Assembly (NCBI GenBank): GCA_965209035.1
Contig: OZ242372.1
Span: forward strand, 1,184,001-1,248,000
Reading direction: 5' to 3'
Length of the DNA stretch: 64,000 bases
From: Gammaproteobacteria bacterium
GTDB taxonomy: Bacteria; Pseudomonadota; Gammaproteobacteria; CBDBNL01; JAAOII01
Under the pieces are notes generated by a model. The model was not told where the DNA came from and searched no databases. It saw nothing but the letters and a program-made list of their open reading frames with translations. A program made the translations under genes and the position numbers. The first letter of the stretch is position 1. Each line of letters starts with the position of its first letter. This document shows, one piece after another, positions 40,988 through 51,484 of this stretch.

Positions 40988-41845
40988 ATGATTTATATGA
41001 ACAGAAAAGTTAAAGTCCTGTCTTGGGTACTTGTGTTTTTTATCGCTTACATGGCGGCCATGCTGTTTTTGCTGCCGGCGCGTTATCTGCTGTCGTTTGC
41101 AAACTTACCGCCGGAAGTGCGTCTGTATTCAACGGAAGGCACCGTTTGGAAGGGGGAGACGATTGTTTTTTTTAAGCCGAGTGACGGGCGGCGGTCGGTG
41201 CCGTTTGAGGGGAAATGGCGGCTTTGTCTGTCTTCCCAATTTCCTTTTTATGCCGCTTGTGTCAGCCTGAAGCATACGGCTGCCGAGATAAATGCCAAAA
41301 TTGTCGGCTTGCCGCGGACAGTGCTGCGGCTTGCGGAGTTGCGGGTGCGGGCTGATGTGGAGAAGACGGCTCGTCTGATGCTGACCGGGACGGAGAGCGT
41401 TTTCGTTAAGCCGGCCGGAAATGTTGTATTAAATATGCATGAATTGAAGTTGAACCCGGCGGAGAGACGGCTTTTGTCTTGGGGCGGGGAGCTGGATCTC
41501 CTCGGCGGGACCCTGTTCGGCATTCCTCTGCCGGATACGCGTGCGACCATGACAAACGAGCCGTTTATCAGCCGGGATCCGACGCGCGGTGACAGTTTTG
41601 CGGATAAAAAATTACCGACTATCCGGTTTGCCGGTGGTAATGACAAAATGACCTTGTCCGGGCAGGGGCAGTTTCTTGAGGACGGTCAACTCAAGTGTCG
41701 CATAGAGGCGTCCGTCTTGGATACTTCTTTGCATCAATTTTTGCGTCCGTTTGCGACTGGTCGGGAGGGGAACAAATTTGTCATAGATTGGCAGGGAGAT
41801 CCTTTGTTTTTCCGATCTTCGACCACAAAGGAGAAGACGCCTTAA
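40988..41845 (+). CDS. gspN: Type II secretion protein N
   Basis: N-terminal TM, LPA, EGTVWKG motif; last gene of the cluster. Confidence 0.8.
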   Translation: MIYMNRKVKVLSWVLVFFIAYMAAMLFLLPARYLLSFANLPPEVRLYSTEGTVWKGETIVFFKPSDGRRSVPFEGKWRLCLSSQFPFYAACVSLKHTAAEINAKIVGLPRTVLRLAELRVRADVEKTARLMLTGTESVFVKPAGNVVLNMHELKLNPAERRLLSWGGELDLLGGTLFGIPLPDTRATMTNEPFISRDPTRGDSFADKKLPTIRFAGGNDKMTLSGQGQFLEDGQLKCRIEASVLDTSLHQFLRPFATGREGNKFVIDWQGDPLFFRSSTTKEKTP

Positions 41846-42022
41846 ATATCATTCATTCATTAAATGTGTTTTGGGGGTGCTCTTTGAGAAAGTACCTCAG
41901 TAAAAAATCCCAAAATTGTGCGGTTCGATCTGATGCGATTCGGGGCGGGTTTCTTTTTAATCTGTTGGAAAGACGCTTATATTAAAAGAAGAAACGGAAA
42001 AATTACGATACAATAAGAAATT

Positions 42023-43240
42023 ATGGGATTATTTGGAAAAAGAGCGAAAGAGAAAGGTCACTCGTCCGCCAATCAGCAGTTGCAAAAACCGAAACGACCT
42101 TGGTTGGTCAGACTTTTGATGGCGCCGTTTTTTATGATTTGGTGGCCCTTTGAGATGCTGCGGCGCAAACTTGGGTTAAATCCCAATTACATGATTGTGA
42201 TCGTGTTGGTGCTTTTGTTCGGCGGTTGGATGCTGAGCGGTATGTTGTTTCGGCAACCGCCGGAGCCGCCCAGCGCGGAAGGACGCACCAATGATCTGGC
42301 AAAGACGGTATTGGTGAGGCGTCCGGTGATTGAAGAAACCGCAAGAGTGGTCCGTATCAGCGGTAAAACCCGGGAAGATCGTAAGGTGGATATCAAAGCC
42401 GAGTTGAGCGGGACTGTGGAAGAGATTCTTGCCGAGGAAGGAGATCGGGTTGAGGAAAATTTTAGTATCATTCGGTTGGAGCAAGACGAAGCGAATGCTC
42501 GCCTGGCAAAAGCCGAAGCACAAGAAAAGAAAGCCCGATTGGAACATCGCAGCCAGGTGAATTTGCGCGCACAGAAGCTGTCTTCCGCGACCGAGGCCGC
42601 CCAGGCGGAGGCCAATTACGAAGACGCGAAGGCGACGGCAACCTTGGCCCGCAAGCAGTTTCAAGCGACGGAGGTGCGTGCTCCGTTTGCCGGGACAGCG
42701 GAGCAAATTTATGTGGAACAGGGCGACTTCGTTCAGCCGGGTCAGTTGCTGGCGAGTGTTTATGATTATTCGCCGATGTTGGTAGTGGGGGCGCTTTCCG
42801 AATTGGAGGTGTCGCTGGTGAAGGTGGGCGCGTTGGCGACAATTCGCCCGGTGAACGGCGACGAACTGACAGGCACAGTGCGGTATGTTTCCTCCCAAGC
42901 GGATGAAAATTCACGCACTTTTGAGGTGAAGGTTGAAGTGAATAATTCCGTGGGTGATGTTCTGGCCGGTTTGACGGCGGAAATTGATTTTAGAGTGGAG
43001 CGGGTTATGGCGGTCAAAATTACGCCGGCCTTGCTGACGATCAATGACGGCGGCAAGGTCGGCGTGAAGGTTGTTCAAGACGGCGAAGACATTGTTCGTT
43101 TTGCGCCGGTGGAAGTGATCAAGGCGGAAACCAATGAGATGTGGGTTGCCGGCATTGCCGAGGGAATGCGGCTGATCACGCGGGGGTTTGGATTTGTGGA
43201 GCCGGGCGATAAGGTTAAGATCACCGAGGAACAGAGTTAA
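42023..43240 (+). CDS. RND efflux periplasmic adaptor (membrane fusion protein)
   Basis: AELSGTVEEI..EGDRV, VRAPFAG..EQGDFVQPG lipoyl halves, SRTFEV. Confidence 0.92.
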   Translation: MGLFGKRAKEKGHSSANQQLQKPKRPWLVRLLMAPFFMIWWPFEMLRRKLGLNPNYMIVIVLVLLFGGWMLSGMLFRQPPEPPSAEGRTNDLAKTVLVRRPVIEETARVVRISGKTREDRKVDIKAELSGTVEEILAEEGDRVEENFSIIRLEQDEANARLAKAEAQEKKARLEHRSQVNLRAQKLSSATEAAQAEANYEDAKATATLARKQFQATEVRAPFAGTAEQIYVEQGDFVQPGQLLASVYDYSPMLVVGALSELEVSLVKVGALATIRPVNGDELTGTVRYVSSQADENSRTFEVKVEVNNSVGDVLAGLTAEIDFRVERVMAVKITPALLTINDGGKVGVKVVQDGEDIVRFAPVEVIKAETNEMWVAGIAEGMRLITRGFGFVEPGDKVKITEEQS

Positions 43241-43340
43241 AGAGCTCCCAAAGAACTTCCATAAAACTTCCATAAAACTTCCATAAAACTTCCATAAAAC
43301 TCCCAAAAACTTCCGAAGAACTTCCGAAGCACTTTACAAA
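43241..43340 (+). repeat. ~9 x 10-11-bp tandem repeat (AACTTCCATAA) after the MFP stop
   Basis: Four perfect units from 43254 flanked by degenerate units. Confidence 0.88.
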
Positions 43341-43355
43341 AAGAATAAACAGAAA

Positions 43356-46300
43356 ATGGGCATACTCATAGACGCGGCCCTCAGTTATAAGCGGACGGTT
43401 TTAATGCTACTGTTTCTTGTGATTGTCAGCGGTATCGTTGCTTATGGGGTTATCCCCAAAGAAGAGAGCCCGGATGTGACCTTGCCACAGCTCTATGTGA
43501 GTACAAGTTTGGACGGTATTTCGGCAAAGGATGCGGACAAACTTCTCGCGCATCCGATTGTGAGCGAACTGGAGGGGATAGACGGACTCAACAAGATTGC
43601 AAGCACCGGTGCGGAGGGCTATGCCGCAATTTCCTTGGAATTTGATTCGGATGTGGACATAGACAAAGCCTTGGTGGATGTGCGCGAGCAAGTGGACAGG
43701 GCCAAGGCATCTCTGCCTGATGACGCCCGGGAGCCAACCATTACGGAAATTAATGTTGCGCTGTTTCCTATTTTGGTGATTGCGCTTAGCGGGTCTCTGG
43801 AAGACAGAGTCCTGTTTCAGGTTGCCGAGTCCCTTCAAGACCGATTGGAGACCGTGCCGGGGGTTTTGGAAGCCAAGATAGAGGGGGACAGAGAAGAATT
43901 TGCCGAAGTGATTGTCAATCCGTATGCGTTGGAGGCATACAACTTGAATTTGCAAGAGGTTATTCGTCTTATATCAAGCAATAATCGCTTGGTGGCGGCG
44001 GGTGCGTTGGATACCGGTCAGGGACGGTTTAGTGTGAATGTGCCGGGATTGTTGGAAAGCGAAAGCGATATTCTGAACTTGCCGATTAAGGCGGTGGGTG
44101 ATAAGATCGTCACTTATCGCGATATTGCCGTGGGGCGCAGAGCCTACAAGGACCCGGAGAGTTTTTCGCGCTTTAATGGCAGTCCTACCGTCAGCCTTGA
44201 AATTGTCAAACGAATCGGCGGCAATACCATTAATACGATTGAGTCGGTTAAACGCCTGATAGAAGAATCGCGCGATGAGTTCCCCGAAGGACTTGAAGTG
44301 GCCTATTCGGGTGACGAATCCGTGGGCATTCGCGACAGTTTGAGCAATTTGTTTAATAATGTCTTGTCGGCGGCTCTGCTGGTGATGCTAATGGCCGTTG
44401 TTTTCATTGGATTTCGGAACGCGAGCCTGGTGGGGATTTCCATTCCATGCTCGTTTCTTACCGCCATATTGATTGTCAGTTTGTTGGGATATACGCTGAA
44501 TATTGTTGTTCTTTTTGCCCTGATATTGAGCGTTGGAATGCTGGTGGACGGGGCAATTGTTGTAACGGAAAATGCCGACATGCGGATGCTGCAGGGCGAA
44601 AACAGAAGCACGGCGTATGCCGCCGCCGCCAAACGTATGAGTTGGCCGATTATCACTTCCACCGCCACCACGCTGGCCGCCTTTTTTCCGCTGCTCTTTT
44701 GGCCGGATGTGACCGGTGATTTTATGAAGTACATTCCGATTACTGTGATCATTACCTTGCTTTCGGCATTGGTGATGGCACTGATTGCATTGCCGGTACT
44801 GGGTTCTCTGATCGGCAAGCCAAACGAATATGCGACCAACATCAGAAACATGCTGCAGATGAGTGCCAAGAAGAGATATGCCGAGGTGCGCGGTTTGACA
44901 GGCTATTACTTGCGGGCTGTGGACAAAAGTGTGCACCATCCGAAGAAGACGCTCTTGCTTTTGATAGGCGTTTATGTGACGGTTGTTTTTCTCTACTCGG
45001 TTTGGGGTCGGGGTGTTGAGTTCTTCCCAAATGTGGAGCCGGATATTGGCGTGGTTCAAGTTCGGGCGCGCGGTGATCTGTCTTTGACGGAAAGAGACGA
45101 AATTGTGCGCGAGGTGGAGAAAGAGATTTTAAAGTTTGACGCATTGGAGACGGTTTATACCACTGTGACGGTGGGGGGTGGCGGTGGTCGCGGCGGCAGT
45201 AGCGCGCAAGATGTGATTGGCCGCATCCAGGTGGAGTTTGCGGATTGGCGTTATCGCCCGGCGGCGAGCCTGGTGATGAAGCGGGTGGAGAGATTGAAAG
45301 ACCAGTTTCCGGGTGTGGAAATCCGCACCCGGGTAGAGCAAGCGGGCCCGCCGAGCGACGCGGACATAGAAATAGAATTATTTTCGGACTACAAAAGTGT
45401 TCTGGACGAGGCAAGCGATCAGGTCGCCGAGTATGTGCGCACCAATTTGGAAGGGATTAAGAGTGTTCGGACAACAAAGCCCTTGCCAAGTATCGCATGG
45501 TCGGTGGATGTGGATCGCGAAAAGGCGAGCCGTTTTAATGTGGATATTGCCACACTCGGCTCTTTTGTGCAGATGGTCACAAACGGCATCACACTTTCCG
45601 ATTATCTGCCGGAGGGTGCCGAAGACGAACTGGATATAAAACTGCGCTTTCCGGTAGAGGAGCGTAACATCGATCGCTTGCAGCGGATGCGTATATCCGC
45701 GGGGGGCGAACAGATCCCGGCAAGCAATTTTATTGAGCGCAAGCCCACACAGCGAGAGAACGAGGTTACGCGTATTAATGGGAACTATGCTTATGATCTT
45801 CAAATTGATCTTCTTGACGGTTATCGTCCGGATCAGGTATTGCCGATTTTGGCGGCGATTCTTGACAGTGACGAGGTTCCGTCTCAATTGCATTGGAAAT
45901 ACCGCGGCACTCAGGAGATGCAAGATAAGGCGGCGTCATTTTTGATGCGCGCTTTTGGTGTGGCGTTTTTTATGATGCTGGTCATTATGGTGACGCAGTT
46001 TAATTCGTTTCGGCAGGCGCTTTTAATTTTGAGCGCTATTTTCTTTTCCACGGGCGGTGTTTTCCTGGGATTGTTGATCCGCGGTGAACCGTTTAGTATT
46101 GTGATGAGCGGCGTGGGGATTATCGCTTTGGCGGGAATTGTGGTGAATAACAATATCATTTTGATAGATACTTTTAATCGGCTGCGTGCCCGGGGAGAGC
46201 CGGCCCGGCATGCGGTGTTGCAGACCTGTGCCGAGAGGTTTCGCCCGGTCATTCTGACGACTGTGACGACGGTTGTGGGCTTGATGCCGATGGTGATGCA

Positions 46301-46520
46301 GTTAAATTTGGATTTTATCATACGGGACATTACTGTCGGTGCGCCCAGCAGTCAGTGGTGGGTGCAATTGTCTACGGCAATTGCCGGCGGCCTGGCATTT
46401 TCCACCGTCATTACCCTGTTTTTTACGCCGGCTATGTTGTATTCCATGGGCCGCCGACAGGATATAAAACAAGGCATCCGAGAAGTTATCACAGCCAAGT
46501 CTGCGCTGGATACGGGGTAA
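43356..46520 (+). CDS. RND efflux permease (AcrB/AcrD/AcrF family)
   Basis: GMLVDGAIVVTEN, GDFMKYIP, GIVVNNNIILID, RFRPVILT; 1054 aa. Confidence 0.95.
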   Translation: MGILIDAALSYKRTVLMLLFLVIVSGIVAYGVIPKEESPDVTLPQLYVSTSLDGISAKDADKLLAHPIVSELEGIDGLNKIASTGAEGYAAISLEFDSDVDIDKALVDVREQVDRAKASLPDDAREPTITEINVALFPILVIALSGSLEDRVLFQVAESLQDRLETVPGVLEAKIEGDREEFAEVIVNPYALEAYNLNLQEVIRLISSNNRLVAAGALDTGQGRFSVNVPGLLESESDILNLPIKAVGDKIVTYRDIAVGRRAYKDPESFSRFNGSPTVSLEIVKRIGGNTINTIESVKRLIEESRDEFPEGLEVAYSGDESVGIRDSLSNLFNNVLSAALLVMLMAVVFIGFRNASLVGISIPCSFLTAILIVSLLGYTLNIVVLFALILSVGMLVDGAIVVTENADMRMLQGENRSTAYAAAAKRMSWPIITSTATTLAAFFPLLFWPDVTGDFMKYIPITVIITLLSALVMALIALPVLGSLIGKPNEYATNIRNMLQMSAKKRYAEVRGLTGYYLRAVDKSVHHPKKTLLLLIGVYVTVVFLYSVWGRGVEFFPNVEPDIGVVQVRARGDLSLTERDEIVREVEKEILKFDALETVYTTVTVGGGGGRGGSSAQDVIGRIQVEFADWRYRPAASLVMKRVERLKDQFPGVEIRTRVEQAGPPSDADIEIELFSDYKSVLDEASDQVAEYVRTNLEGIKSVRTTKPLPSIAWSVDVDREKASRFNVDIATLGSFVQMVTNGITLSDYLPEGAEDELDIKLRFPVEERNIDRLQRMRISAGGEQIPASNFIERKPTQRENEVTRINGNYAYDLQIDLLDGYRPDQVLPILAAILDSDEVPSQLHWKYRGTQEMQDKAASFLMRAFGVAFFMMLVIMVTQFNSFRQALLILSAIFFSTGGVFLGLLIRGEPFSIVMSGVGIIALAGIVVNNNIILIDTFNRLRARGEPARHAVLQTCAERFRPVILTTVTTVVGLMPMVMQLNLDFIIRDITVGAPSSQWWVQLSTAIAGGLAFSTVITLFFTPAMLYSMGRRQDIKQGIREVITAKSALDTG

Positions 46521-46680
46521 GCGTAAAAGCGTAAACGGGTTTCCCGCCCGCCAGAATTTTGTGTCCGGTTTTCGGTGTTTTTCGGTTGGATACTCGGGTG
46601 TGTTCTTGCATCTCTTTAATGCTTAATCTTAACTCTTAAAAGAATCTTTAAATTCCTGATACCTTTTAAAGGATACTTTC

Positions 46681-47739
46681 GTGTTGGCTCTTTCTTTTGC
46701 GGTTGCTCTGCCAGTCGGGCTTTTGCTGTGTTTGTTTTTGTGGAAGATAAGATTGCCGTCCCGATTTCTTGATGCGGATATCACTTCCGTTCAAAAGGTG
46801 CATTCGGATCCTAAAGTGGCACGGGTCGGCGGGATTGCGGTCTGTTCCGGTTTGGTGGTCGGGGCATTGTTTTACCCGGAATTGCGCGCCGCCGTTTTGA
46901 TTTCTTTGCCTATTCTTGTTTTGGGACTTTCGGAAGATGTTACCAAAAGTCTGGGACCTGCGGTTCGGCTTCTTGTCTCTTTTGTTGTCGCGACTGTCGC
47001 CTGTTTTGTGTTGGATACCGGGTTCTATCACAGCGGCTGGGATGACTTGGATACCTCCGTTCTTTACGCACGTTGGGCTGCCTATCCGATAGCGATTTTT
47101 ATGACGGCGGGGGTGATTCATGCGATGAACATCATAGATGGTTATAACGGGTTGATGCTCGGTTGTGCGGCCATGGTGGCGGCTGCTCTTCTTTTGCCGG
47201 CGTTGCTGTTTGAAGACACGCAATTGATCCTTCTTTTAAGTTTTCTTTTAATCGGTATCCTTGTCCTATTTGTGTTTAATTATCCGCGCGGACTCATTTT
47301 TGCCGGAGACGGTGGCGCTTATTTCATCGGTTTTTTCCTTGCGCTGGCTTCTTTGTTACTTGTCAATCGTCATACGGCGGTTTCGCCTTGGTTTCCTCTG
47401 TTGTTGTTGTCTTATCCGGTTTGGGAAACGCTGTTTTCTGTCTGGCGGCGGGTGTTTGTTTATGGCACATCACCGGGGAAGCCGGATCATTTGCATATTC
47501 ATTCTTTGACGGATCTGTTTCTTGCCAAACACTTGCCGGCCAAATACGCTGCCGTATCCCGGATCTTGGTGGCTCCCTGTATGTGGTTACTTGCTTTGTT
47601 CGGGATCATCCCGGCTTTGCTTTTTTGGCGCGATACCCCCGTGTTGATTGGGTTTGCGGTCTTCTTTGTTGTTTTGTATCAGTTGTTGTACCAAATCTTG
47701 TTTCAAAGGACAAGAAGGATTCGGGCGGGACGCGGGTGA
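46681..47739 (+). CDS. Glycosyltransferase family 4 (WecA/MraY-like undecaprenyl-phosphate sugar-1-phosphate transferase)
   Basis: RVGGIA, GLSED, NIIDGYNGL, FNYP..IFAGDGGAY, PDHLHIH. Confidence 0.9.
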   Translation: MLALSFAVALPVGLLLCLFLWKIRLPSRFLDADITSVQKVHSDPKVARVGGIAVCSGLVVGALFYPELRAAVLISLPILVLGLSEDVTKSLGPAVRLLVSFVVATVACFVLDTGFYHSGWDDLDTSVLYARWAAYPIAIFMTAGVIHAMNIIDGYNGLMLGCAAMVAAALLLPALLFEDTQLILLLSFLLIGILVLFVFNYPRGLIFAGDGGAYFIGFFLALASLLLVNRHTAVSPWFPLLLLSYPVWETLFSVWRRVFVYGTSPGKPDHLHIHSLTDLFLAKHLPAKYAAVSRILVAPCMWLLALFGIIPALLFWRDTPVLIGFAVFFVVLYQLLYQILFQRTRRIRAGRG

Positions 47740-47882
47740 CAGGCACGCCGCCCCTTGGTCTATTTTTGGCCGGTTGCATTATTCAACCGCCGGCAGGCCG
47801 GCAAGTTTTTTGTGCAAAAATTTCCGCCGAAATTTATCCGGATCGGTATGTGACGATGCGTTTGTGATACAATAAGAGCAAT

Positions 47883-49040
47883 ATGAAAAAATTCTTTTTG
47901 CTTTTTTTGCCGAGTATTGCTATGTTTTTCAGTGGGCTGTTGGTTGCCGCCGTGCCTTACAACTTGCCGCGCGGTGTTACGAATATCAGTCAAGAGGTTT
48001 ATTGGCTGCATATGTTCGCTTTTTGGGTGTGTGTCGGTATCGGCGTGGTGGTATTCGGCGTCATGCTTTGGTCTGTTTACTTTCATCGCAAATCCCGCAA
48101 TTACAAGCCCGCCACTTTTTACCATTCCACTAAACTGGAAATTGTCTGGACCGTTATCCCGATTATCATTTTGATTGTTCTGGCAGTTCCCGGGACAAGA
48201 GTGTTGATCGATATGCATGAAATCGGTGATGCCGAGTTGGATGTTAAGATCACCGGTTATCAGTGGAAATGGCATTACGAATATATGGGCGAACAGGTGG
48301 ACTATTTTAGTAATTTGCGCACATCGCGCGATGCCATTAATAACAAGGAGCCAAAATCGGAAACCTACCTGTTGGAGGTGGATGAGCCGTTGGTGTTGCC
48401 CGTGAATACGCGAGTGCGTTTTCTGGTGACAGCCGCGGATGTGTTGCATGCTTGGTGGGTGCCGGAACTGAGTGTCAAAAAGGATGCTGTCCCGGGCTTT
48501 ATTAACGAGGCATGGACGGAAATCAACGAAGAGGGAACCTATCGGGGTCAATGTGCGGAATTATGCGGGGCGGATCACGCCTTTATGCCGATTGTTGTCC
48601 GGGCGGTGGATAAGGACACTTTTGCCGGCTGGCTTGCGGAACGTAAGGAAGCCTCCGCACAGGAAGAAGTACTTGCCGCCAAGACGGATTGGACCAAGGA
48701 AGAGCTCATCGCGCGCGGCGAACAGGTTTATGCAATTAACTGTGCATCCTGTCATCAGGTGAGCGGAAAAGGCATTCCGCCGACATTCCCCGCTTTGGTT
48801 GGCAGTGCGGCGGTACTGGGACCCGTCGCGGCACAGATTGATGTGATCCTCAATGGTCGTCAGGGAACCGCCATGGCATCTTTTGGTCGTATTTTAAATG
48901 ACAATGATCTTGCCGCCGTGATTACATACACGCGTAATGCTTGGGGGCATAAGGCGAGTCCGGATTTGGTGACACCCGATGCAGTCCGGGCACAAAGAAC
49001 CGGGGGAACCGGGGGAACCGGGGGATCCGGCGGGCAATAA
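47883..49040 (+). CDS. coxB: Cytochrome c oxidase subunit II with fused cytochrome c
   Basis: GYQWKWHY, DVLHAW, CuA motif CAELCGADHAFM, C-terminal CASCH. Confidence 0.96.
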   Translation: MKKFFLLFLPSIAMFFSGLLVAAVPYNLPRGVTNISQEVYWLHMFAFWVCVGIGVVVFGVMLWSVYFHRKSRNYKPATFYHSTKLEIVWTVIPIIILIVLAVPGTRVLIDMHEIGDAELDVKITGYQWKWHYEYMGEQVDYFSNLRTSRDAINNKEPKSETYLLEVDEPLVLPVNTRVRFLVTAADVLHAWWVPELSVKKDAVPGFINEAWTEINEEGTYRGQCAELCGADHAFMPIVVRAVDKDTFAGWLAERKEASAQEEVLAAKTDWTKEELIARGEQVYAINCASCHQVSGKGIPPTFPALVGSAAVLGPVAAQIDVILNGRQGTAMASFGRILNDNDLAAVITYTRNAWGHKASPDLVTPDAVRAQRTGGTGGTGGSGGQ

Positions 49041-49083
49041 AAAGTACAGTTTTTTATTTAAGTTAATTAAAAGAGGTATCACT

Positions 49084-50682
49084 ATGCAAGATATTGCTCA
49101 AACAAAAATTGAGACAGGGCATTCGGCTGCGGAACATCACGGGGCACCGCCCGGTTTGTTGCGTTGGCTGTATACAACCAATCACAAGGATATCGGCACC
49201 CTGTATTTGTTGTTCAGCCTTTTTATGTTATTCGTCGGCGGCGGAATGGCGTTGCTGATCAGACTGGAGTTATTTCAGCCCGGATTGCAAATCATGCTGC
49301 CGGAATTTTACAACCAGTTGGTAACCATGCACGGACTGATCATGGTCTTTTTGGTGATTATGCCCGCCTTTGTCGGGCTCGCCAACTGGATGATCCCGAT
49401 GATGATCGGAGCGCCGGATATGGCATTGCCAAGACTGAATAACTGGAGTTTTTGGCTGCTGGTTGCGGGCGGTGTGATGTTGAGCGGGACCTTTTTTGTT
49501 GAGGGAGGAGCGCCTTCCACCGGCTGGACCCTGTATGCGCCGCTCTCGACCGAGTATGCCAAGCCGAGCATGACATTTTTAATTTTTGGTGTGCATCTTC
49601 TTGGGATGTCTTCCATTATGGGGGCGTTGAATATTATTGCGACCATCCTCAATTTGCGCGCACCCGGCATGACTTATATGAAGATGCCGCTGTTTGTGTG
49701 GACCTGGTTCATTACCGCATATTTGTTGTTGGCGGTGATGCCTGTTCTTGCCGGGACAGTGACGATGATGTTGACAGACATTCATTTTGGCACCAGTTTT
49801 TTTAATGCAAAAGGCGGCGGTGACCCGTTACTCTTTCAGCATCTGTTTTGGTTTTTTGGTCATCCGGAAGTGTATATCATGATTTTGCCTTCTTTCGGTA
49901 TTATTTCTATGGTCATTCCGACTTTCAGCCGCAAGAAACTGTTCGGTTATACATCCATGGTGGTGGCAACCGCCGTGATTGCTTTTTTGTCTATGATTGT
50001 CTGGGCGCATCATATGTTTACCGTGGGTATGCCTTTGGTTGGCGATATCTTTTTCATGATAGGGACTATGGTGATTGCGGTGCCGACCGGGGTTAAGGTG
50101 TTTAATTGGACCGCAACCATGTATCGCGGGGCGATGACTTTTGAGACACCGATGTTATTTGCTATTTCATTTGTCATCCTTTTTACAATCGGCGGATTTT
50201 CCGGTGTCATGATGGCATTGGCGGCGGTGGACATTCAGTATCAGGATACTTATTTTATTGTCGCTCACTTTCATTATGTTCTGGTGCCGGGGTCGCTCTT
50301 TGCCATTTTTGCCGGGGTGTATTATTGGTTGCCCAAGTGGACGGGTAGAATGTATAACGAGACGCTGGCTAAGATTCATTTTTGGCTGTCTTTTATTGCG
50401 GTGAATGTGACATTTTTTCCGATGCATTTTGTCGGGCTGGCGGGGATGCCGCGCCGCATCCCGGACTATGCGTTGCAGTTTACGGACTTTAATGCGATCG
50501 CCACGGTCGGTTCTTTTGGCTTCGGTCTGAGCCAGTTGCTTTTTGCTTATATTGTTTTGCGGGCAATTTTTGCCGGCAAAAAGGCAACCACGCAAGTTTG
50601 GGAAGGCACGGAAGGATTGGAATGGACTGTTCCTTCTCCCGCACCCTATCATACTTTTAGCAGGCCGCCGCGCGTTGATTAG
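49084..50682 (+). CDS. coxA: Cytochrome c oxidase subunit I (A1 type)
   Basis: TNHKDIG, WFFGHPEVY, WAHHM, AHFHY, GMPRR; start ATG 49084 after AGAGG. Confidence 0.98.
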   Translation: MQDIAQTKIETGHSAAEHHGAPPGLLRWLYTTNHKDIGTLYLLFSLFMLFVGGGMALLIRLELFQPGLQIMLPEFYNQLVTMHGLIMVFLVIMPAFVGLANWMIPMMIGAPDMALPRLNNWSFWLLVAGGVMLSGTFFVEGGAPSTGWTLYAPLSTEYAKPSMTFLIFGVHLLGMSSIMGALNIIATILNLRAPGMTYMKMPLFVWTWFITAYLLLAVMPVLAGTVTMMLTDIHFGTSFFNAKGGGDPLLFQHLFWFFGHPEVYIMILPSFGIISMVIPTFSRKKLFGYTSMVVATAVIAFLSMIVWAHHMFTVGMPLVGDIFFMIGTMVIAVPTGVKVFNWTATMYRGAMTFETPMLFAISFVILFTIGGFSGVMMALAAVDIQYQDTYFIVAHFHYVLVPGSLFAIFAGVYYWLPKWTGRMYNETLAKIHFWLSFIAVNVTFFPMHFVGLAGMPRRIPDYALQFTDFNAIATVGSFGFGLSQLLFAYIVLRAIFAGKKATTQVWEGTEGLEWTVPSPAPYHTFSRPPRVD

Positions 50683-50719
50683 GTTGTCGCCGGCTGCTCC
50701 AATATTTGACACCGAATAA

Positions 50720-51406
50720 ATGGCGATGAGAACCCCCCATCAAAGTTCCAATAAAAAGGCAGTCGGCAGAACCATGCTGCGCAACCTGTTACTGGTTTTT
50801 TGCATGTTTGGCTTTGCTTTTGCTTTGGTGCCGTTGTATCGAGTGTTTTGTGATATTACCGGTCTTAACGGACGCAATACCAACCTGGAACGGGCAACTG
50901 TTACGGATAACGTCGATGAGATAGAAGCGGACTTGACACGCCTGGTGCGGGTGCAGTTTGATGCCACGAACAATATCGGTATGCCATGGGAATTTGAACC
51001 CAATGCCGAAGAATTGCAATTGCATCCCGGCAAACTTTACACGGCATATTATCATGCCCACAATCCGACAGAGTTGCCGATGATTGCACAGATGGTGCCG
51101 AGCGTCAGTCCGGGACGAGCCGCCTCCTATTTGCGCAAAACCGAATGCTTTTGTTTTGAAGAGCAGCTGTTGCAGCCGGGTGAATCCGTCGCGATGCCGG
51201 TTCGCTTTTATGTGCACAGGGCATTGCCTGCGGATGTGACTACCTTGACTCTTTCTTATACGATTTTCGATGTTACCCCCGATGGGGATCAGTCGGCATT
51301 GACGGCTTATAGTGTTGCGAAGAAAGAGCAACTATATAAAGATAAAGACGCAAAGAATCGCACAGTGCATATTCACGATGACGGCAGCGAGCATTTTCAT
51401 GATTAA
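50720..51406 (+). CDS. ctaG: Cytochrome c oxidase assembly protein CtaG/Cox11
   Basis: VPLYRVFCDITG, KTECFCF, TLSYT. Confidence 0.95.
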   Translation: MAMRTPHQSSNKKAVGRTMLRNLLLVFCMFGFAFALVPLYRVFCDITGLNGRNTNLERATVTDNVDEIEADLTRLVRVQFDATNNIGMPWEFEPNAEELQLHPGKLYTAYYHAHNPTELPMIAQMVPSVSPGRAASYLRKTECFCFEEQLLQPGESVAMPVRFYVHRALPADVTTLTLSYTIFDVTPDGDQSALTAYSVAKKEQLYKDKDAKNRTVHIHDDGSEHFHD

Positions 51407-51484
51407 GTATTTTTTATTATTTTTGAACCGGGCAGTTCGTCGCGACTTTTTACCGGGTTTTTCATTCCTCAAATAAATTTTATT

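Noticed and set aside
48700-49040. Cytochrome c fused to CoxB as a novelty
   Set aside because: A well-known architecture in proteobacterial oxidases.
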